This document shows, in pieces, positions 33,013-47,500 of a stretch of 64,000 bases of DNA. The notes under the pieces are model-generated. The model saw nothing but the letters and a program-made list of their open reading frames with translations. It did no database searches and had not been told where the DNA came from. The stretch is from contig OZ024742.1 in the NCBI GenBank assembly GCA_964016885.1, forward strand, positions 180,606,001 through 180,670,000. The letters are read 5' to 3'. The position numbers were made by a program, and so were the translations under genes. Numbering within the stretch: the first letter of the stretch is position 1; each line of letters starts with the position of its first letter. This DNA is from Eledone cirrhosa (lineage: Eukaryota).

Positions 33013-35089
33013 AATAATAATGTTATTTGTGATTGTATGATAGAGTACAAAAAAATGTTATGAAATAAAGTTACAGTGTTCTAGTAAATATGAGTTCTAA
33101 TGCCCTGGAAATAGGTGTCTAAAAAAGGCAGTTAAGCTGAAGTTGCAGGTGATTCCGAAAGGTATCATTGTTCAGATAATTAACAGTTTAAAATGTTTTA
33201 AGACTGAATTTTCAATGTACACAGAGGGATACTAGCTCTGAATGGCAATTAAAGAGGGAAGCTTAGAAATTAATATATCATATGCCTTGAAGATAACAAA
33301 TTAATAGGCTTTCATGCCATTTGGATACCATTAAGTGAAGCATAGTTTGATTATAACATTGTTGTTTTTTTTTTTTTTTTACTCCAGTTTAAATATATAC
33401 TTTGATGAAAAAGTTACAAGGCTTCTAGGCAACAAAAGTTATAACTATATTGATTAAAACTTAATTTTAAAACGTTTGCAGTTAAGCCCAAATACAATTA
33501 GATAGTGTTGACAAAAGTTCTTTAGCATTTTAACATTTAACATCTTACATTTGTGGTCTAATAGACAGTTGTCTAAGCTGATATGTTAAATTTGGGAAAG
33601 AGTAAGTTTAGTTTGAATTAATTGATATAAGCTAAGGTCTTTGCAAATTAATACTTTTGTTTAAGTTTCTAGTATTTGTGAAGTACTCGGGGAAAGTGGA
33701 AGTTTTAGTAGAAGCTTCAACACTATTTCACAATTAGATGTTGATCTTGTATATAGTTGAACACTTTTTGTGGATTTGTGGTTGTTGTTGATGACATATT
33801 TGTACTTTGTTAGAAAAATTGCTTCAGCTGATGGTGCCATTATAATTTAAGGCACCATTAGAAGAAAAAGTAGAGTCATATAGAATTAATTCTCACTGAG
33901 TTATCAATGATACATTTGGGGTCATTTTATAACTTATGAACGTAATAGAGAGTTACCTTTTGGCATTTTCTGTATGGTTAATGCTCTGAGATATCAAATT
34001 TAACTAACATTTAAGAAGATTACAAACTTCAGTGTAGACACAACTGCAATAGTAAATCCTAGAGTGTTCAAGAGAATGTGAGTACCTAAAAAAATAAATT
34101 CTCAGATGTAGAGTAATAATATGCCAATATTTCTGTAGATCCTGCCTAATATCTATCTATGATTGCTTGATTCTTGATAGATTCATAGGGGAATTGTCAT
34201 TTAAACCTTGCGAAACCTATTTCTTCCAGAGAAGTAAGAAAAAGATATAGAGCAAGAATTATCCCAAGATTGGGCTGATACTTCATTTTTCCACCTCAGA
34301 AAGTGATAGGCTTGAACTCAAGACACAGATAGCTGGATAGAACACTGCAAGCATTCTACACAACAATCTAACGACTCTGCCTATACCTAATATATATTCA
34401 TGAGGGGGGGGGGAGTAAATAGACATATATAAACTCTGGCAGTATTGGTTCATCTAATGAGATATATAATCACTGAAAGTGACTAGACTGTGCTGTGATT
34501 AGTGAATTTCAAATAGACTATGTTTATATCATATGAAATATATATTAGAAATTACCTCATGAGATCTCTAAATGTTTAAGGGGCTATTCACCATATCAGC
34601 CACTGTGGAAACGAAAACAATTATGGAATTAACCACAGAGTACAAGGAAATGAAGCAGTCACTTTATATATCAATGAGAAAAAAAAACCCTATTAAAATA
34701 TATACTCAGGGTGCTCATCACCATCATCATCATCATCGTTTAAATTCCATCTTCCATGCTTGCATGGGTTTTGAGAGAAACACAGTAAGATGAGAGGCTA
34801 AATGACATGCCAAAAGGTATATACACTGTCAGTTCATCTAAAGATATCTAATCACTAGGAGTGTACAATCAATCAAAATATAGTTGGCCCTATAACTTTA
34901 TATATTTCTGTGAATAAAATATGAATGGACTCCATATATAAATAAATATATATATATATATATACAGTATACAAAGGTCATCAAATTTATTTCAGTGAGT
35001 TCCAGCTACTACTCCTTTACTCAATGAGGTTTGCAAGTGAAAAAATGCAATCTCTCATTCAGAGTGTACGCAGTAATTAGTAATATATT

Positions 35090-35960
35090 TCTGTGTATAT
35101 ATAAAATTAAGTATGTGTGTGTGTGTGTGTGTCTGTGTATCTGTGTATTACCTATACGACCGATTTTCAGGAAACTTTACAGGCCCATAGATTCGTCATC
35201 GGGGAGTGTTTTCTATATATCAGTGTATCGTCTTTTTTATTCCGGGGTCATTCTGCAGATAAAAATCGATAGGGGTCACCTTTTTTTAAGTATCGAAAAA
35301 TAAGAGTTTTGGCTCTAGCTCCCACATTTTGCCACCGATTTCGTTCAAATTTTAAAGAAAAATAGAATTTATCATTGCACATCCTTAAATGGCTTTATAT
35401 TTTGCATTTGTTCAAAAATACCACTTTTTCGGCTCTAGCTCCCACATTCATCAACCTACTTTGTTCAAATGTTACACTACGCTAGATCTGATTATTTCAC
35501 GTCTTAAGGTGGCTTTACATTTTGGATTTTTGTTCAGGAATGGCATGGCAGCCGCTTAAATATTCGAAAATACCACCTTTTTGCTCAAATTTCCGCCTAT
35601 TCGGCTCTAGCTCCCACATTTTTCAACCGATTTCGTTCAAATTTGAAACCTCGGCTCCACCTTACACATAAATCAATTTATTTGGTTCAACTTTTATACT
35701 ACGATAGAACCTATCATTGCACATCTTATAGTAGCTTTATACTTTGCATTTTTTGTTCAGGAACGGTGTGGCAGCCGTTTAACTCTTCAAAATACGATTT
35801 TTTCCACCTCCCACATATTCCATACGATTTCACTCAACATTTTGCCATTTGCTACACATTACGACCGATTTTCAAGAAACTCGCAGTCGCTAAGATCAAC
35901 ACCTATTCATCAAAGTAGATATTATTTTATCTACCCAGGCAACGCTGGGTACTGCTGCTA

Positions 35961-35961
<1 letters not shown>
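35090..35961 (+). mobile_element. Non-autonomous Helitron
   Basis: TCTGTGTATATATAAAA start, hairpin TACCCAGGCAACGCTGGGTA, CTAG|T end; three internal repeats of GGCTCTAGCTCCCACATT. Confidence 0.85.
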
Positions 35962-35994
<33 letters not shown>

Positions 35995-35998
<4 letters not shown>

Positions 35999-37575
35999 TA
36001 GCGTAAAGGTTGGTGTCCATCAGGGCTCTTTTCTTAGCCCCCTACTATTTATTATTGCCCTTCAGGCTATAACAGAGGAGTTCAAGACCGGCTGCCCATG
36101 GGAACTCCTATACACAGATGATCTAACGCTCATAGCTGAATCAATGACCGAACTAGAGAAGAAATTCCAAACATGGAAGCACGGCCTAGAATCAAAAGGC
36201 CTTAAAATTAACCTGGCTAAGACTAAAGTTTTAGTTTGTAGGAAAGAAAATAAGGCGGCGGTCCCATCTGGGAAATGGCCATGCTCAGTGTGTAGGAGAG
36301 GCGTAGGTAGAAACTCCATTTTATGTCCCAAATGCAAAGTATGGGTGCATAAAAGATGTAGTGGGATCACAGGTAAGCTAACTAAGAACATAGATTTTAC
36401 ATGTGGCCGGTGCTCTGGTGCAATAAGTAGCAGCAAGTGCCCACAAAATACTAGCTCCTTCAACTGCGCAGAGGGTTCTATAGAAATAGTGGACAGCTTC
36501 CGTTATCTGGGTGACAAAATCAGCAGTGGGGGAGGGTGCTCTGAAAGTACAGTAGCTAGAGTCAGAACTGGATGGAAAAAGTTCAGAGAGCTTATACCAC
36601 TATTAGCCGCTAGAGGGTTCTCCCTAAAAATGAAAGGCAGGTTATACGATGCCTGCATACGAACAGCAATGCTGCATGGCAGTGAGACCTGGGCATTGTG
36701 TGCAGAGGATATACGCAGACTAGAGAGGAACGAAGCTTGCATGCTCCGCTGGATGTGCAATAGTAATATACGTGAACGGCAAAGCATAAACGAACTAAGG
36801 AAAAAATTAGAAATAAGAGGGATCAGATGTTGTTTACTCGAGAGAAGGCTACGTTGGTACGGTCACGTGATGCGCATGAAAGACGACAGCTGTATAACAA
36901 AGTGCAGGGCAATAAAGATAGACGGTAGCCACGGAGTAGGCAGACCCAGAAAAACATGGGACGAGCTGATAAATTCCGACCTCACACGCTTACACCTCTC
37001 CAAGACAATGTCACTGGACCGAGACCTTTGGCGGTACTCAGTAATAGAGAAGACCCGCCTTACCTAAATACAAAGTAAAAACCTACTACAGTCAGTAGGC
37101 ATATCTATCAAAACACACCCCCGTCCCACCACCTCCACCCCACCCACACCGCCCCTTTCAATGTAAAGTTATGTTGGTCCCACAACATCCAGGCCGAAAC
37201 AAATGAGATCGTGTAGGTGTCACGACAAAAAACACACAGTCCACGCTGTAAATGTGGCCGTGTAGGCAACACGGTAAAAACCTCCCAGACCCAAACTGTA
37301 AATGTGGTTGGTGTTAGGAAGGGCATCCAGCTGTAGAAAACCCGCCAGACAGTCCACGCTGTAATGTGGCCGTGTAGGCAACACGGTAAAAACCTCCCAG
37401 CCCCACACTGTAAATGTGGTTGGTGTTAGGAAGGGCATCCAACTGTAGAAAACCCGCCAGACAGTCCTATGCGAGCAAGACAACCACTCTTGCCCCAAGT
37501 GGGAAAACCCCCGTCCAAACCCATGCAAGCGTGGAACACGGACGCTAAACCTGATGATGATGATGATGATGATGA
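35995..37575 (+). mobile_element. 5'-truncated copy of RTE family B
   Basis: 307-aa ORF 36144-37067 differs at only about ten residues from the C-terminus of the 991-aa ORF; same 3'UTR with an extra ~120-bp duplication; (TGA)n tail. Confidence 0.97.
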
Positions 37576-38303
37576 TATATATATATATATATATATTTAT
37601 ATATTTGAAAGTAAAGTTTTTAATATATCCCACATTTGTAAAAATATTGGAAAAATAAGTTGAAAATGTAATTGGAGGCTTTAAGAAGGTTTATTTACAA
37701 TAATTTATAACTTTACTGGTTTCATAAGTTTAATGATTTTCAAAAGTTAAGAGAGATAGAGAAATGTGTGGCTATGCCAACTTGTAACTTGCATACAATT
37801 GATGTTGGTTATATCTTTGAGTTTTATGAACAAATGTAGCTCAGATTGCTATATGTATGAAGTATAATTTGATAGGTTGAGGAAGATCATCTAATATTTT
37901 GGTAATTTAGCAACAAAAATCGGGTGTCATGGTTCCTTTAGTTTTATGCAGAAAAGTGGCTCATGTTTAAAGTATATTTTGATAGGCTCAGGATGATCAC
38001 ATGTTTAGAGACCGAATTTAGTGGTACTTTCGTATAAAAAATGGGAATGTTTTAATGAATATGGGCAGTAGCATTTCATGCATGTTTTTGTGTGCTCATT
38101 AGTCAAGGGAAGTTGATATTGTCTGTGTGGCAATCCCCAAAATTCAATATATATGTATATATATATATATATACATATATATAGATATATACACACACAC
38201 ACAAACACATATATCATCATTAAATGACCATATTATTTGAATTTTATATAAATATATAGTAGAGTCAGGGCTCTGTGGTTGAGCTCTTGCCATTTCGACA
38301 GTA

Positions 38304-38345
<42 letters not shown>

Positions 38346-38930
38346 CTTGATGGGGTCAAATGGGTCAATGATGGTGGTAGTAGAACAGATGGTAATGATA
38401 ATAGTAGCCATTATGATAAAGTCATTATGATAAAGTATATATATGTATATAAATATACATAGGTATGTGTATGCATATCATATATATGTGCATATATTTT
38501 TTTATTTATATATACATTTCTATATAAACGTGTGTGTATATATGTATACTCATATATTAATACACACAGACATATGTGTGTGTAAATGTGTATGCATGTT
38601 AGTGACTTATACATATTGTAAATTTGTGGCTTTGTGCCAATCCAATAAATCAATATTAAATGTAAAATTTTCCATTTAGCACCTTGTACTTTCAGCATGA
38701 GTTGCTTACTATTAGATATTTCAGGTCAATATTGAATATATGGCATTAAATTACTATGGTCATCTTAATGGAATTTTAATAATTCCAAAGATTCACATAT
38801 CTAACATCGTAGACTCCACATATTTTGGATTCTGTAACTTAAAGGTTTCACTATGGAAACTATATGGTCTGTCATGCTTTTGGCCTTCACCTGCAACAAT
38901 TGCAACATAGATCACTCAGCCAACCTGCTA

Positions 38931-41900
38931 AACTTGTACTTACTTGTACTTGTACTTGTGTCGACATTCACCCTGGACGGGTTGAGCTGGCTTCTTCCCT
39001 TGTCCTGACGGCATCCCGAACCATGGCAGCCCACGCACGACTGTCCCAGGCTAGGTCACTGGAGATAGCGAGGCAGTCACGGTTCCATCGGTGCAGGCCG
39101 ACCACCTGCAGACCTGAGAGTTCGGAGGGGGTCCTCCTTGATCGTGGTTGCCCAGGTCTTCAGCTGCACACCAACGCGCTTGCGCCAATTATGGAATGGA
39201 GGTGGGAGGAGAACATCGCGGATCAGTTCACCCTCAGGGCTAGGGCTGCATGACCAAACCATCTTAAGCGCTGTTGCAGAAGCACTGAAGGAAGGGGCCG
39301 AAGATTCAGGCAAAGACAAACACTGGCAGTAGGTACCCGATCGACGCGTCGGCAGCAAAGAATGCAGCAGAGACAGGCATTGTCGAAGACCTCCAGTCCT
39401 TGTTGATCGACTACCCTCATAGGCCATGTTTCACAGCCATAGAGGAGGATAGTGCGAACGACGGCCTGGTAGATTCGCCCTTTGGTCGCCGAGGTGATCT
39501 CTCTTCTGTCCCACAGACACCGCTGGAGGCGCCCAAAAGCGGATCTGGCACCACCTATGCGACGTTGGAACCACTGTTGAGCCCAGGTTAACGAAGGACT
39601 CCACATCCTCCACGTCCACGCCCTCGAGAGATGTTGGCTGCCCGGCATCAGGCGAACCAGTGAAGTCATGACTTTCGACTTGGCGGCATTGATTCGTAGA
39701 CCTACAACGGCGGCTGTACATCTGTCCCGTTAGTGTCCATCAGCACGATGTCATCCGCGTAGGCCAGGTCCGTCACCACGACTCTTCTCCCAACCTCTAC
39801 GCCCGGGTAATCGCGGAGCGCTGTGTTGAGAGTGTAGTCAATGGCGTAGTTGAAGAGAGTTGGCGATAGCGCACACCCCTTCTGAACACCGGTCCCAACA
39901 TCGAACAACTCCGTTTCCCCACCATAGACCCTCACTCGAGCCCGAGTCGACCGGTAGTAGCCTTGTATGAGACGAAGCAGCTCCACTGGGATGCCGTCCG
40001 CCTGCATTATACGCCATAGGGCTTCCCGATCTACCGAGTCGAAGGCAGCTGCAAAGTCGATGAAACAGAGGACGGTAGGTTGCTGATGTGCCCACCGTTG
40101 CTCCAGGACACGCTGGAGATTGAAGATTTGATCAAAGCACCCTCTCCCCGGACTGAAACCGCCCTGAGAAGGATGGGTACGGACATCACGGATGGCCTGG
40201 AACCTCTTCAGCAGAAGAATTGCGAAGGTTTTGGCAGCAACGTCAATTAAACTGATACACCTGTAGTTGGAACACAGTTTCCTGTCGCCTTTTTTGAAGA
40301 AGGGTAGGAGAGTTGCCTCACTCCAGTCACCAGGGAACCGCTCCGTCGCCCACACCGAAGAGAAGACTCGATGGAGCCAAGCTGCGAAGACATCAGCCTC
40401 GGCCTTGTAGACCTCAGCTGGAACGCCATCTTCGCCCGGCGCCTTGTTGTTCTGGAGATGTGTCAGGACACTACGTACCTCCTCGACCGTTGGAGGGGAA
40501 GTGCTGCCCCATATTCTTCTCCGGAAGGCTGCACGTAGGTTGGCGTGGGTGGTGGCGGGTGGTTGAGCAGCTCAGAGAAATGGTCCCGCCTTCGGACTAG
40601 CCGGTCCTTAAGATTAGTAGCGACCGCTCCGTTCCGATCACGGATCAACTCGCTGATATCTGTACTGCTTTGGTTTGCCCGCTTCACCAGTTGATAGAGC
40701 TTGCACGAGTCACCACAGGCTGCCACCCTCTCCGTCTGCTCCTCAAACTCGCGCCAGTGTGCATTCCGATTGGCCCGAATAGCCCAAGATGTGTGACGTC
40801 GAAGATTGGGTGCACCCTCGAGTCGGGCCACTCTCGCCCACTCCGCGAGTTCAAGAGTGCCACTGGAGATCCAGTCCCGATGGTGTCTTTGGGTCGACCT
40901 GATTGCTCTCCAGCCACCTCAACCGTCGCCGCTCTGAGCGCGTTCCACTCCTGCTCCGGTTGCTGTTCCACTTCGTTACTCAGCATTTAGAATCGGTTTC
41001 ACAGCTCTAGCCGGAAAGAATTTCCAGCATCAAGCTTGAGTCGCGAGATGTGGATCCTTTTCTGGCGGTTGGGAGGAGGTTTCGCCCGCAGCAGCAGATG
41101 AAGGGTTGCTCGAACAAGAGCATGGTCTGACCCATGCTCACTGCCCATATCAGCCCCTCGATACGCATGCGAGTTCATCACTGAGCTGGCCCAAAATCTG
41201 ACCAGGATGAGTCAATCTGATTGGCCGTTCTTACTTCATTGGATCGCCACGTGACTAGGTGACGCCGAGGATGTCGGAACCGGATGTTGGTGACGATAAG
41301 ACGATTGGCATCCGCGAAGGATACGAGCCGTTCACCATTGTCACAGTGTACGCCTAGGCGAAGCGTCCTAGAATATGCCGTGTTGTATCATCAGCCAGCC
41401 CTGTCCGCGAATTCCAGTCCTCAGCGACAATGAGAACATCACTGGAGGGGACGCCATCCACGGTTGTTTGGAGATCGGCATAGAACTGCGTCTTGTCCGC
41501 ATTGAGTGTGGGAGCGTAAACGGCAATTATGCTGACGTTGGAGATTTGACCCTTCAATCGAACAAGCGCGAGTCGGTGTGAGATCGACTGCCATGCCAGC
41601 AGAGCTGCTTGCGCGTCTGTGCTGAGTTCTACAGCGACCCTGTGAAGACCACTGTTGTCAGTCACGCCACAATGATACAAGTGATAGATGTCCTCGCCAG
41701 GAACTTTGATTGGAAGATGACCAACATCGGGCAGTCGAACTTCTGAAAGGCAAGCAACACTAACGCAGTACCTGTGCATAGCCTTCATTGTAAGTCCCTG
41801 GACACCATCGTCACGAAGTGTTCGGGCGTTCCAGCACGCCACCCTCAATTCCTTCCTTTGTCTGAAGATCGGGACTACTACGGGAGTAGTCTGTAGAGCC

Positions 41901-42300
41901 ATAGCGGTAGGAGAGTTGTTGTTTTGCATTGCGTTCGTAGCGGGGAGGTAATTCGTATTCATAGTTCGTATTTGTAGGATTCATGGAAGAAGTGTCATGG
42001 GAGTAGTGAATTCACAAGCGGTCCCCCAAAAAACCCGCATGTATATCCTGAACGAGGGGGAAAAAAACGTCCTGTTTGCCGCAGGCTCTCCACAGACGCA
42101 AGGACAGAAACGACCCGAAGCCGCCGGTTGCCGGAACAGACACCTCTTGGATTTTCACCAGAGCCCCTTTTGCCGGGTGCGGCCCTAATACCGCTGGGTG
42201 CCAGACCAATCCACCTTGGGTGGCCCTACCAGGAACCGAAGTTCCTGACGGCATAGCTCTGACACTACCCGTTGCCTCTGCCCTGCCGCGTTGAGGAGGG
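38931..42300 (-). mobile_element. Full-length decayed RTE LINE family C (GC-rich)
   Basis: RVACWNARTL, VYAPT, GSDH, FIDFAAAFDSV, GVQKGCALSP, LAYADD, LLYGCETW; (ACAAGT)n tail; many frameshifts. Confidence 0.95.
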
Positions 42301-42739
42301 GTTGAACTTTAGGGAATCTTGTGGTTACATATCATATGCGGTTTCTTGGGTGTTTTAATGTGGCAATTCAGTAAGTGAACAAGCATTGTAATTCACAAAG
42401 ATATTGGTAGAGAAAGGATACATAGCTTGCCCATTCCCAGAGACTTTTTTATCGAAATTCTTAAATAGGATATATCCCTATCCCATTCATGCTAAAAACC
42501 TATGGGCACTGAACATCTTCCCCATTTGCATCATAGACATGTTTTTGAGATCTTATGTTTTCTAGCAGATTCATTGTTGCATGCAAATCTAACTCGAAAG
42601 AGACTTCAACATATGTGCTTAATCAGTCAAACCCTACCAGGATAAACACTGTAGCTATGGACATCATAGCTTCTCTCTGAATGACAGGCCACTAGTTGGA
42701 AACTTGTAAATCAAAAAGGCAATCCTAACTTGACTTTAA

Positions 42740-43160
42740 CATCATCATCATCATCATTATCATCCATCTTCCATGCTAGCATGTGTTGGACGGTTTTGTC
42801 CCACTTGAGGTAAGATTGGTTGGGAGACCATGTCTTGCTCATACAGAACTGTCTCTAGCAGGTTTTCTACAGCTGGATGCCCTTCCTAACACCAACCACA
42901 TTTACAGTGTGGACTGGGTGCTTTTTGTCATGTCACCTACATGACCACTTTACAGTGGACGGAAATGGGAGGATGGAATAGGGTGTATGGGGTGGGGTGT
43001 GTATTGGGTTAAGAGGTGCCTACAGACTGTAGGTTTAAGTTTATATGCAAGGGAAGGTGGGTCTTCTGTATAACTGCATAGTGCAAAGAATTCGATCCAG
43101 TGATATTGTCTTAGAAAGGTGTAAGTAAGCAAGGTCACCTCATCACAGGTTTTTCTTGGT
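42740..43160 (-). mobile_element. Older 3' fragment related to RTE family B
   Basis: Same order of tail, GGATGCCCTTCCTAACACCAACC module and last codons as 9600-10130. Confidence 0.8.
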
Positions 43161-44538
43161 CAACAAGTGACAGGAATTTAATGAAGCTTATTGGCTAATC
43201 AAACCTCACTCACCAGCATTGCAAAAGTTGAAACCACTCCATTCCCACACATGTAGCATTTGCTTTACCTATTATTATTAGAAAATTGACATAAGAATTT
43301 TAAATTCCACTTTCTCCACATTTTAACACGGTACAAAACTTACTATTCTATACAGACTGAAAACAATTAGTTACCTAGACGTGTTCTTCCATTTTAATCT
43401 CACTTGAAAAATGGATATCTAGACATGAACTAATGTATGAATGAGCCTTTAACTTGGACATTTAAATATGGTGAAGTCCATCTATCTCTATATCAGATCA
43501 CAGCTAATTTCTTCCAGAGAGAGAGAAAATGTGTATAGAGGAAGAATTGACTCCAGTACTGAAATAGTGCTTTATTTACCGACCTCCAAATGATGGAAGG
43601 CAAAGTTGGTCTTGGCAGGATTTGAACTCAAAGTTTAGAGAGCCAGAACAAATACTGCAAAGCATTCTATCTGATGTTCTAATGCCTCTGCCACTTCACT
43701 GTCTTATAAACAAAATATTAGACAATTAAAAGTTTTTATCTAAAAAATTGAATCTGGGCTTTATTTGTATTTAATTATTTCTGCAATCACAAAATCCCAA
43801 TAAAGAATTGAAACTATTCAAGCTGATCTTACTTTTTCATTCCACAAAGATAATTATGTTCAGACAAGATCAACATCTTTTTTTTATACAGATGATATAT
43901 AAAATTTGTATATGTATCATATGTAGTACAGAATAAATCTGAAAGAAACACCGTTAATGCAACAAAAATGTTTTTGTCTATCACAGACACATACATACCC
44001 ACAAACACATGCACATACACAGACACATCTATCAAATTAGAATATTTATAACATCCTCTCTCTGCTACCACCAAAAAACTAAATATCAAAATCTAAAAAA
44101 AAAATAGGTATTTATTTTAGTTCTTTCTAGTAATTCTGTTTATTCTTGAACATCATACTTTCTTGAAAGTAAATATTTTAAAAATCAAATTCCCCCAAGG
44201 TTAACTTTGTATTTCATCTTTCCAGGGTCATCCTCATCATTTTACATCTGCTTTCTATACTTGCCTGGGTTGGACAGGTTGTCAATTTAAAAAACTAGAC
44301 GGGTCAGTAATATTTAATCTGGCTCATATTTGGCTTGCTTTCTACAGCTGGATGCTTTTCCTAACATCAACTAACTTAAAGTGTGTACTGTATACATTTT
44401 ATCATTTATCATAGCACCAGCATTACCACTTCACTAGGTACATTTTATTGTGGCACCAACACTAGAGACGTTGTCATTTGCTCAGCCAGACTTTCTTCAG
44501 ATAATGAATGTTTCAGTCTTCACAGCATTAATTTTTTA

Positions 44539-47500
44539 CTAGCTGGACTCGTGAAAAAATTCACGGATAATTTTTGAAATTTAAATATTGTCCAATGAAT
44601 ATTTATCAGTTAATCAAAGTTTTTGATTTGCAGTATTTTCGTGAATAAACAATTCTATTTTCCTTCATTTTATGTATAATAATGTAAGTTTATTTAAAAT
44701 TAATTTCATAAAAGTACACATAAAAAACATCCTTCAAAGCACTTCCCTATATACAATGTTTCTAGTAAAGGAGATTCCCCTTCTGCGGCCATGGATGGAG
44801 TCGTTTTGAGGTATCACTTTAACTCTCACACTGTTCATTGCCCTTGCTCTTGAAAATGCTACGTATAACTGGCCATGAGTGAAGCATAGCTGTGGCAAGT
44901 GTATGCCGACTGTCGAATGTTTGCCCCTGTGCTTTATTGATTGTCATAGAATAGGACAGACGAACTGGAAACTGGGTCCTATGCAGAACAAATGGAATGT
45001 TTGCATCGCTTGGATTGAGTTTGCTTCTTAGAATCAGTACTCTCGTCTGTGAGTGAGATCCACATATAATTGCCGCTTCGATGCTATGCTCGTAGAGCTG
45101 AAGTACTTCCAGGTGATTTCCGTTGCTTAGACCTTGTGTTATAGAGAGGTTTCTAAGCAGCATAATAATTGCTCCAACTTTTAGGTTCAGGCGACGGGGA
45201 GGAATTCCAGAAGGTCTAAGAGAGTATATAAACTCCATGGGATAATTCTGACCTTCTTCTTCCTTATCACAAGTTACAGAGTTGGTGCTTAGATATGTTT
45301 TATTTTCAGTGGGCAATCTTCTTAGAATTTCTTCATTTACTTCTAAGTGCTAAGTGTCTGAATTTTGGGGTGATAAGATCACTCTGGTTTTCATTTCTTC
45401 TGCCATGCAATTATCAAAGATATCAGATATCAGATATATTTATCTTTTGCATGCAAAGCATAAGCTGGTATCTTTGAAGCTTTTACTCTCCTAAGAATGT
45501 TTCCTTGATCAGAATTTGGAGGAACATTGTACACACTTGTTTCACTCAAAGGAACTGGAAGCTTGAATATACTGTGAAGAGTTTTACCATCTTACAAGAG
45601 TGTTGCAGCAATGCCAGACCAGGCAGATGTACTTACTGTTATATTGTTAGCAGTAAGGTGATCAAAGATCATATTGAACAAAAATCTTTTCCTTGATCCT
45701 CCCGGCGCATCCAAATAGAACAGTCTATTATTGGTTTCTTCTCCTCTGTTAACTGCTAATGCAGCATCAATCACGCAATTAAATGCTTCTCTTTGTTCAT
45801 TGTTCAATAAATTTGGATCTATGATTGGGTTTTCCGCATAAGGTTCATTTGAAGGGGGGTCTCCGACTGGTTCAGGAAGGCCAAACATGCTACAATGCAT
45901 GTCATTTTCTCTAAATATGGCATTCATCAACTGAAGAGCAATATATTCAGCTGTTGTGTTTTCATTTGTCTGCAAAAGATCCTCAATCATGAACTGTTTG
46001 TTTTCATTCCACAGTTGTAACGCATTGACGGGTTGACTGAAGTGGCATTTGATATGCTGCTGCCTCTGTCAAAGTATCTTGTAGTTGATTATCGTCATCA
46101 AGAAGTCTCAATCTAATACACGCCTCCTTGAAAGTTTCAAATTCTTCCCCTTCAACAGTTCTTAAATCATAGAAAGAAGTCGCGCCAGGAACATGCAGGA
46201 GTAGCATTCTCAAATGAAATTGTTCTGCGTTACGTGGACTTGCTGAATACATTTTGGTTACAATATTATGGAAGCGTACTCGCCGAGTCCATTTGGTACT
46301 CTTTTTCTGAAACACATATCGTTGCGAAATATCACAGTACAGAAGATTTCTAGCATTCTCGTTAGATAGGTTTAGCTTGAACCAAGCAGTCAAATGTGTG
46401 TCACGCTCTTGTCTCGTGCAGCTGCTTGTCATAGCTCTCCTTCCCTGTAGTACACTTGTTGTTTATCAGGTAAATGCAGAGACAAACGGTATACTGTGTG
46501 GGACTGCCCATGCATTTTGAACTCTGATAATCACCAAAATGCTTCAGGTGGAGACACGTACCTGCACAAAATATATTGTTTTATTTCATTGTATTCATTT
46601 CCATTGATTTGTTCGTTGTTATTTGTAATATCATTCCTCACTTCTATCATTGCGCAATCATGTCCTTTAAAGACATACTTGAAAAGATATTTCACACTTT
46701 TCACAGAAGAGCACACTTAAATGTTAATGTGTGCATGATATTTTTTCGACAGATACTTATTATATGGAACAACAAATCTATTGTCCACTTGATGAGTTCC
46801 CACCTGTACTGTGTCTCCATTGTTTCTCTGTCTGTATGCCGGATATCCTGAAACATTGTTGATGGTATCTTATTGATATTCCTTAGGGAATTTCTTCTGA
46901 CACTGTCCGTCGACCATACAGCCAGAATTCGGATTTGATACTCCGCAAGGTCCATGTATCATCAGTGTTTTACCAACTCCCTCAACTCTGGTTCTTACAT
47001 GAGTGGAATCTCAGAAGAGACAATGTTATCAATTTGTTCTTTCGTTCTAATGTTATCTTCTTCACGCAACATGAAAAGCATATGACAATGCGGAGGACCT
47101 TTTTTCTGAAATTCAATCACATGTGTATTTCTTTAATATCAATCATCAATTCATTAAGATGTAATTTATAAACGCACGCTACTAAATCTGGCCTGTTTTA
47201 AGCTGTTTCGTGATGCCCTAGGTTTTCAGTAATTTCTTGGCATTTTGGATTGGAAGTATAAGTTATAAATAGGTCAGGCTTTCCATATTTACAAACTATC
47301 GGCATTGAGTCTTGATATGATTGTTGCATATTCCTTGGGCTCCCAGTGAAAGTTGAAGGCAGAATAACAGGGACTCCTGGCTCATCAATTTCATTGTTTC
47401 TCGCTAGGTGATCCATGATGCCAGAGTACATTGCTACTCTCAACTGTGCTTGGTTATTTTCAATGAAATTCAAGCGACATCCCTCTACTTTAACATATGC

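Larger units (their letters stand above)
30950..34100 (+). mobile_element. Very old LINE relic interrupted by younger insertions
   Basis: Ordered degenerate motifs: GHFN (for GDFN) ~31138, LKNNKLIGFHAI (for KNNKAPG.DGI) ~33288, VVVDDIFVL ~33780. Confidence 0.35.
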
